A stretch of 64,000 nt of DNA from the human T2T-CHM13v2.0 reference genome, Homo sapiens. The notes under the pieces are model-generated. The model was not told where the DNA came from. It ran no database searches and saw nothing but the letters and a program-made list of their open reading frames with translations. Shown here piece by piece: positions 54,922 through 64,000 of the stretch. The stretch lies in NCBI RefSeq assembly GCF_009914755.1, contig NC_060930.1; one strand, 5' to 3'. The stretch's first letter is position 1. Each line of letters opens with the position of its first letter. Both the position numbers and the translations under genes were made by a program.

Positions 54922-57900
54922 CTACTATGGGCCAGTCGCCATGCTTCATGCTGGGTAGACATTCTCTTGTTTGACCCTCACAACAACTGTTATTATCCCT
55001 GTGTGACAGATGAGGAAACTGGGGCATGAGTCAAGTTGTTAGTAAGTGGTGATGCCAACTTTCAAAGTTCAGCACCCTGGCAGAGAGACTAGACTTAGCC
55101 ATGCTGTGATCCAGGAGCAGAATTAGGACCCAGTGGGAAGAATTATAGGGACTTCATAATACTTGAGTCAAGGGAGGGCTTGTTAGGTAGTGAGCTCCCT
55201 GTCCTGGAAATGTAAGTATCTTCAGGACTCCTGTTGCAGAAATCCCTGGATGGGTCCTAGCTTAGCTGCCCTACAAGCTCTGAGATTCTATCTTGGACCC
55301 TGTGAACTATACAGAGCCCTGAAGGGCTCACACAGGCCCTCCCCACCCTTGCCTCCGCCCTCCCTATACCTTTCTGAAAGCCCACGGGTGCCTCATTACA
55401 AGACCCCCCACCTGTGAGTAGGACACCCCTTGAAGATATTGGTCAGAGAGCGCCCCAGAGCTCAGGAAGCCTAAGCTCTGAGGGCCTCCCATGAGGCTGA
55501 TTTGCTCTCTGGAGAGGCAGGCAGGGGCGAGTGAAGTCAAGCCTCTTCTTGCACACCTGCTCTGGCCTCTCCCGTCGACACAACCAGGAGCCATTTCTGA
55601 GGAAATGAGAGTAGAGGGGCAGAGTTGGTAGGTGGGCATAGGGCAGGCCCCAGGGGAGAGCAGGTTCACCCTATAGTTAACTGGGAAAGGCCTTGGCTTG
55701 GATTTCAGGATTCCTGAGTGGGAGCACTGGAATGTGATCCCCTGCTGGGACTCAATCCAGGGAGAAGCACCCAACACAGTCTCCCTGCAGCCCACCTGAG
55801 AGAATGAGGCTCCTTCAGGCCAGGCAGGGAGCAGGGGGTGGAGGAGACACACGACAGGCATCCAGCCCTAGCCCAAGCCACCAATTAACTTCATGGCCTG
55901 AGGCAAGTTACGTCACCTCTTGGCCTGTTTCCTCCTCTGTACAGTGATGATAACATCCCGCCAGTGAGGCCTGATAAATATTCGACAAGGCCCTGTGGAA
56001 AGCTGACTGTGTTTATACCCTTGTAAAGTGCTATTATTACCCGGGGGGACCTTGGGAAGGGCCCCTCCTGGTCTGACCTGAAATGTCACTCCCAGACAGG
56101 ATGCTGGATCCTGTCCTTTCCTGAGGGCAGCCCAGGGGTGGGTAGGGCCTGTTTCTAAAGAAGAGAACCCAGCACTCGGCAAACATGCACTGATGCTGGT
56201 GATGATCTTTGGATGATGATGGTGATGGAAACTGATTCCATCTGTGCACCACAGCCTGACGGCAGGGCGGGCTCAAACACAGGGGCGGCAGTTACCCTCC
56301 TGGGCATCGCTCCCACCCACCCCTTCCCGCCAGGAAAGCTGTCCACTCACACCCTGTCCTTCCCTCGAGAGGAAAATTCCTGTAGTAGACCTCATGGGCC
56401 AGAGGCAGTGACCAGGGGAGGGGACAGGAAAGGTTGGGGGCCACACTGAGCTGGAAGTCGACTCCTTCGACACCCCCAAGCCCCACAAAATGATCATCGA
56501 AGCAATTATGACTTGCTCTAGGGAGACCCCAGGGGTCAGGCCAGGATCTGGCGACCCAGAGAATGAGAATAACTGCCCCTTCTTGATTTGTTCAGCAAAG
56601 CGACAGCCTAGGGGGACTTAAGAGTTGTGACTTCTAAGGGAACAGCTGAGTTGTTAACACAGCTTGCAGGAGCCTTGTCTACTTCCAAAGTGGGGCCATG
56701 TTCATCGTTTCATTGGCTACTTCTCATACCAGCTCCATGTCTTCCAGGTACAAAAGCCGAGCCCAATTGGGTAACCAAATGCTTAAGGTAGCAGAGATAA
56801 TGACCCAGTCAGGACAGGTCTCTTAAGCCAGCCTCTGGCTACCCCATCATAGTATCTGTCCATCGATAAGGCGGAGCCTGCACTGACCCATGAGTCACAA
56901 ACACGGCCAGGACCCCTAAGCCTGGTCCCGGCATAGCCATACCTGCCCCCACATATCCACCCTCCTGTTTGGAGACACCCACCACCCCAACTGTGGAGGT
57001 CATGAGTAGTAGCAGGGGTAGTGTATGTGGACATCCAAACAGAATTGAGCTGCTTGGTAAGGCTGCAGAGAGAAGACAGCATTTCCCTACTACAGTGTGG
57101 AAAACTGCAATGAATCCAGCCTGCAGCAGGTGACCCCTCTGGTCCAGAGATCAAAAGGATATAAGGGGGAGAAGGGTTTGGTGCCAGCTCTGGGGTTGTG
57201 GCAGCTGCCCTCTTGAGCTCTGCTGGGCCCCACTCGAAGGGCCTTTTCACATCCTGTTGTGGCCAGTCGTCACTGCCCATTTCACTGACAGAAAGTGACA
57301 CCTGAGGTCGGGGGGTCTGAAAGCTTCCAGTCCAACCCCCACTCAGAGGAGGTAGGATCCAGGAAATGAGGCCCAGGCAGCAGTGTCCTGGACAGTAGGA
57401 GGGGGAGGGAACTGGGTGGGGTGTCTCGCCTGGGCTTGTTTCCTTGGTGACGAAGAGGACAGGTCTGCTTGCTCCACAGGACAGGGAGCTGGAGCACAAA
57501 CAGTGACAAGGCTTTTCCCCAAGTTGGACAAACACAACTCTCATTCTTCACCTGGGCCCTGAGTGGCTTATCACAAAAGCAGCATTTCCTTTAGATGAAC
57601 CGCACTGGGGTTTCAGACAGAAATGGAGTCTTGGAGGAAAGGAAGCCAGCAAGAGGAGGAGGAGGAGAGAGGCAGCCTCATGACAGAGAAAGGAGCTCCT
57701 GGAACAGATCAGCACTAGGTTGTGTGTGCAGCACAGCCCCGCTGGACCCTGTGCTTCCAGGCAGGTGCTCCAATGTGGCGGCTCTGTTAGCGCCCAGCCT
57801 TGTGGCAGGGTAGAGGCATCCTAACAGTCCATTCCTGAAGGGACGTTCTCTAGGAAAGACACTTAGCAAGCCAGATTATCTAGTTACACATTACACTGTA

Positions 57901-58185
57901 TTTTTTCATTTTGCTATAATCCTAGGATTTTAGTAAAGTCCTGTTTAAAGGTTTGGTCTTGACTCAGCCATGCTGGGGGCAGCTAAGGAGGATCCAGGAT
58001 CCATCTCTGGGCCAAGGTGGTAAAGGACAGCAGTGCCCTTTGGGGCCTGCCTATTGGCAGGGGCGTCAGTGAGGGCTCCCCAAGAAGGCGAAGGTGTCTC
58101 TTCTGTAGCTGTGCCCGCTCCGCTGCACTCCTCACCTGTTACCAGCCTCAGAGGGCTGGGCTCTACCTCATTAGGGCAGTCCTCA

Positions 58186-58603
<418 letters not shown>

Positions 58604-59180
58604 TCATGGACTTGTCACAAAAACCATAACTGACCCAAATTCCCCAGAGTGAAGCCCTTACCTCGATTAGGCCTGCCCTGTGTCCAACCCAGGACCACAC
58701 CAGAAAAGATTCCCTAAGAAGATGATATCCACTGGGCCAGAATTTAAAAATAATTATATTAATAATAAATATGTTAAATTACATTTAAAACAATAAATAG
58801 AAAAATAAACTGATAAATAAAATCAACAGGTACAAAATGTTTCAAAATTCCAACCAAAAAAAACACACACGGACAGTCGGCAGACAAGACAAATGGACAG
58901 AACGGGAGGGCGCTAAACGCAATCACAGGAACCCTTCACAGTTGACGTCTCGGCTCCCTCCTCGCCTGGTCACCCTTCTCTTCCCAGCCTGGAGACAGAC
59001 CAGGAGACTCGGTGGCTGATATCTCTGGGGACTCCAGCCAGCACAGGGAAGCATCTGGTCCCACCTCCATGCCTTCTGCAAAGCAACCCTGAACCCTGGG
59101 GAGGGTGGGTTCAGAGGACAGGAGTGTGAGGCAGAGGCTGGATCATGGTGGGGCAGAGGGTGGTGAGGACCGGGAAGTCC

Positions 59181-60095
59181 CTACAGAGGCAGGTCGGTGC
59201 TGTTGTGCCGGGTTTTCCTGGCGGTGCCATCGTCTCGGGGCAGAGCTCTCTGCAGGTTGGACATGGCCACGGTCTTTTTGAGGTCAATCACGGCGTAGGA
59301 GTCTGAGCTTCGGGCAGGGTGGGTGGTGGGCATGGGGGCTTGGGGGCTCGAGGGGTTCTGGGGCCCCTTAGGGCGGTCTCCACCCCAGCCCTTTAGCTCC
59401 ACCTGGATGTAGTTAAGCTGCCTTGGGGGCTCGGGCCCCGGCCGGCGGAAATCAAAGTTGAAGACCCTTGGGGAGCCGCGGCGGCGGGTCAGTGGCACAG
59501 GAAAGCTGCCGTGGCTGCGGATGGCGGCCCGGGTGCTGGTGGGCTTCTGCAGTGGGGTCTCGTCCTCCTCACCATCAGGGAAGCCATTGGAAGAGGGTGT
59601 GAGCCCATCCCTCGAGTCCCCATCATCCCCAGCCTCCCCTCCCAGCTGCTGGGCTTGGCTTTCCCACACAGGGGGCAGTGGGGGCAGGTTCTCATAGTGC
59701 AGCAGGGCGGCCCGGCGGTGGGCAAGGCCATTCCAGCCCGGCTCCTCTGGGCTCAGTCTCCAGCCAGCCCCTCGCCACAGCCCCCCGGTGACGTTCTCGT
59801 AGGTGCACTTGGGCTGGGCTGGACACTCAGAAGGGGCCTCATTGTTATTATTGTGGTGTGGGGGGTCATGCAGGCTGGGACAGAGGCCCTGGCACTTCAC
59901 CATGTGCCGCCGAGCAGGGGTCGGGCCCAACACAAACTTCACCTGGCCTGGCTGCAAGAACACCTGTGGGTCCCGTTGGTCAGGTCCCCGGGCCTGCGGG
60001 AGGAAGGGTGCCTGACCCTCAGGCAGGGGCTGCAGGCAGTGGCGGCCCCTGCGGTGGTCATCTTCACTGGCCGGTGTGTTGACATAGGTGTGGGA
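59181..60095 (-). CDS. FRS3: FRS3 (FRS2-beta/SNT-2) last coding exon
   Basis: ccag|TCC CAC (SHTYVNT...); Grb2-type YVNT, YENV, YENL and SHP2-type YIQV, YAVI motifs; ends RKTRHNSTDLPL*; lies within ORF 59181..60221. Confidence 0.96.
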   Translation of the reverse strand, partial: SHTYVNTPASEDDHRRGRHCLQPLPEGQAPFLPQARGPDQRDPQVFLQPGQVKFVLGPTPARRHMVKCQGLCPSLHDPPHHNNNNEAPSECPAQPKCTYENVTGGLWRGAGWRLSPEEPGWNGLAHRRAALLHYENLPPLPPVWESQAQQLGGEAGDDGDSRDGLTPSSNGFPDGEEDETPLQKPTSTRAAIRSHGSFPVPLTRRRGSPRVFNFDFRRPGPEPPRQLNYIQVELKGWGGDRPKGPQNPSSPQAPMPTTHPARSSDSYAVIDLKKTVAMSNLQRALPRDDGTARKTRHNSTDLPL

Positions 60096-60377
60096 CTGGG
60101 GAAAGAGTCCAAGTGAGGCAGGAGTGTCCCAGGGCAGGGAGAAAAGAGAACAGAAGGGACAGGATGAGAGAAAAGAAGCACACAGAAAAAGACCTGGAGT
60201 TTCTTCTTCCTTGTCCTCCAACCCTTCTGAGGAAGCTGCTCCCTTTTGGGGACAGGAAGGGACCGTTACAATGTTCTTCCCCTTCCCGTGATCCTTACTG
60301 GGAGGAGGTGGCCTTATTTCCTATCCCTCGTCCCCACCCAGACCAACAGGGCAGGGGCTGGCCGGCTGCGTGCTCAC

Positions 60378-60526
60378 CTGCTCATCAGGAGCAATGAGGG
60401 CATGGGTGGACTCTTCCCCAAGCGAGGGGTGCCGCAGGCTGCTTGTCGAGAGCCGCCGGGGAGCTGAGAATCGTGGGCCCTCTCCAGGGCAGCCATTGGA
60501 AAAGCTGGAGACAGTGTAGCCTAGAG
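60378..60526 (-). CDS. FRS3: FRS3 penultimate coding exon (ALGYTVSSFSNG...LIAPDEQ)
   Basis: cag|CT ... CAG|gtgagc; phase consistent with both neighbours. Confidence 0.93.
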
Positions 60527-61305
60527 CTGAGCACACGGGAGACAAGCCCAGGAGAGGGGAACTTAAGCCACCTGACAACCACTTGCAGCTGTGTGTGTGG
60601 CATCCTGGGACTCCTCTAATGGAGGACAGATGTTCTCAGGGCGTCACAGTGGTTAAACCCCACTGAGCCACCAGCCCCCCATTATCCTTCATCTTTCCTC
60701 TGCTCTTCAAACCCTGCCCTTTCCCTCAAGCTCAGCTTGAAGCACCTCACCACTGTCTCCATTATAGCCTCACCCGAAACGCATAAAGCACATCTTGCTG
60801 TCACTGGACCGTCCCTTTGCTTCATTCTAGGTCTGCCAGTAAGGTCCAGGGAAGCTCCTCAAAAAAAGGGACTGCGCTTCTATTTCTCCTGTCCCCCATG
60901 GGCCAGTCCAAGGAGCGCTGAATACCAAACAGGTACCTGATCTGAATTCAATGACTGAATAAGCAGAAATTGTAGGACCCTCTCCAGAATACGGTCATGG
61001 CCAGAGATGCCTGCACCAGCAGCAAGGAAGGTATATGGGGATGACCCAATAGACAGAGGAAGAAAGCAAAAAAACTCCAGACTGCCAATTCTACGGAAAC
61101 CCAAAGTCTTCCTGTCTGCTCCCCAACCATCAGTCAATACAAGGCCCAGAACTCAACAACCTCAGTTTGAGTCACCTAGCCCAGCCCAGGACTTACCGAT
61201 CCTCAAGAATGGTTCTGATCATGGACAACTGTCCTGGAAGGCTGGCTCACCCAGCCTTCTCCCAACCAGCCAGCTTAACTAGTCCCTCAGATTTGTGCTT
61301 CCTGG

Positions 61306-61347
<42 letters not shown>
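61306..61347. repeat. (TG)n microsatellite next to an FRS3 donor site
   Basis: Direct reading. Confidence 0.9.
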
Positions 61348-61349
<2 letters not shown>

Positions 61350-61365
61350 ACTGGGGTCTCCTCAC

Positions 61366-61527
61366 CATTGGGTGGCTGGGGGGCTCGAGGGAGGTCAAGC
61401 TCAGCGGGGTGGCTATTGCGGGTGATGATGACAGGCTCTTCCATCACATTGATGCTGTTGCACTGCATCAGATCCTGAAGGAGGTTGAAGATTTCCTCAG
61501 CCCGGGAACACTTAAATGCAAATATTC
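61366..61527 (-). CDS. FRS3: FRS3 exon encoding the end of the IRS-type PTB domain (GIFAFKCSRAEEIFNLLQDLMQ...PQPPN)
   Basis: cag|GA ... G|gtgagg. Confidence 0.95.
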
Positions 61528-61564
61528 CTGGAGAAGGAGAGGAAGAAATGACCCTAGGCAATAG

Positions 61565-62817
<1,253 letters not shown>

Positions 62818-63986
62818 GGTGAGCGAACACTCTACCTCACATGCTTCCCCCATCTTCCTCTGCCTAACACCCCCTGCTTCCTAGGAAAAAAAACTCCATC
62901 CAGAGCACCAGCCCTCAGATCGCTGATGACAAGAGGGTCTACTCTGTTCCCTGCTTCTTCACTTATTAGCCCAGTGTGTGGCCAGAAAGCAAATGCCTAC
63001 TGTATATAGGTCCCTAACCTCATAGATTAAACTCTGGCACGGGAAGGAAGAAATCATGGGCAGACTAGCTAAAGGCAAACATGGCAAGGCAATCACAAGG
63101 CTCCTCAATGCAGCCAGCCTCACAGCCCTTCAAATTGCAACACTGCAACTCAAGGTCCCAGGAACAGCAGGACTGGGCTGAGTGTCTGTCAATCAGGGGA
63201 CTCAAAGATGCCCTTGGGGTACTGGGCCAGCATGGACTCCTCTGTAACAGGGGGACCTGGGACCTAGGGGAGGCTACGTGGGGTGTGCCTGTGCATATAC
63301 CCACAACTAAGACACAATTAGCCTGGGGAATGGGACAACTATGGTTTGCACAAATAGGATGGGGAGGAAACAGGGAAGAAAAATAACTACTCTGGCAAAA
63401 TATGACGAGAAGTAGAAAAGACTGGGAAAGACTGGAGTTGTAGAGAACCCCGTGTTGGGGCCAGGGGTAGCCCCTCTGGGAACCCAAGTGTAGATCAAAC
63501 ATCACTAGGAGCAAGGATGCCTCTGCCTGCTCTGCCTGCTCACCCAGCGCCCCTGCCTCTGCCTCATGAATTCCAAAGGTAAGATGCATGGAGGGAAGTC
63601 TCCTCCAGCAAACATGACCTCGGAGGCTCACTATTTTGTTGGCAGCCTCATCAGAGAAGCTTGTTCATTCCACCTCTGCACAGCCATAATCCCAAACTGC
63701 ACTGAACACAATCCCATGCAGGATTCCTTTTGCACAGCTTAAGTCTGGATCCTAAGAGATAAACTCAGACCATGCCACTTCTTCAGAGAGCTGTGGCTGG
63801 CTCTAGCCTTGACCTTATGGAATAACCTACCACCCCTGACCTCTGACTGCAGGGAGAATACATCACACTCTACTGCCCACAGGTGATGGGGATAACACTA
63901 ACCTCTTGAGGGCTAACCTATACATTAGGAACCCTGGAGTACTGCATAAGCCCCTATCCCAGGGTGGAGCAGGGCCTGGTACTCAC

Positions 63987-64000
63987 CCTGGCCTGTCTGA
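63987..64000 (-). CDS. FRS3: 3' end of an FRS3 PTB-domain exon (...QTGQG), cut by the window edge
   Basis: CAG ACA GGC CAG G|gtgagt; phase 1 matches the next exon. Confidence 0.85.

Noticed and set aside
56783-57544. 253-aa minus-strand ORF
   Set aside because: No recognisable domain or exon structure, and no support from neighbouring sequence.

Overview
Human-type, Alu-rich genomic DNA recognisable as the TFEB-PGC-FRS3 locus (6p21.1), with all genes on the minus strand. Bases 1-~24.8 kb are TFEB intron 1 (containing the MIR10398 hairpin) followed by the TFEB CpG-island promoter and its alternative first exons. Bases 25.26-36.0 kb hold the complete 9-exon progastricsin gene PGC (388 aa, reconstructed here with canonical GT-AG junctions) plus an alternative 3' end. 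Bases 58.7-64 kb hold the last exons of FRS3. Main discovery: the apparently empty PGC-FRS3 interval contains a decayed, intron-containing second pepsinogen gene at about 44.5-47.8 kb, on the same strand and in tandem upstream of PGC. Exons 1-6 are recognisable in the right order and intron phases, but carry frameshifts, a destroyed DTG catalytic motif, mutated splice sites and a Tigger3-type insertion; exons 7-9 were not found. Gene and repeat names come from recall, not database searches, and repeat boundaries are approximate.
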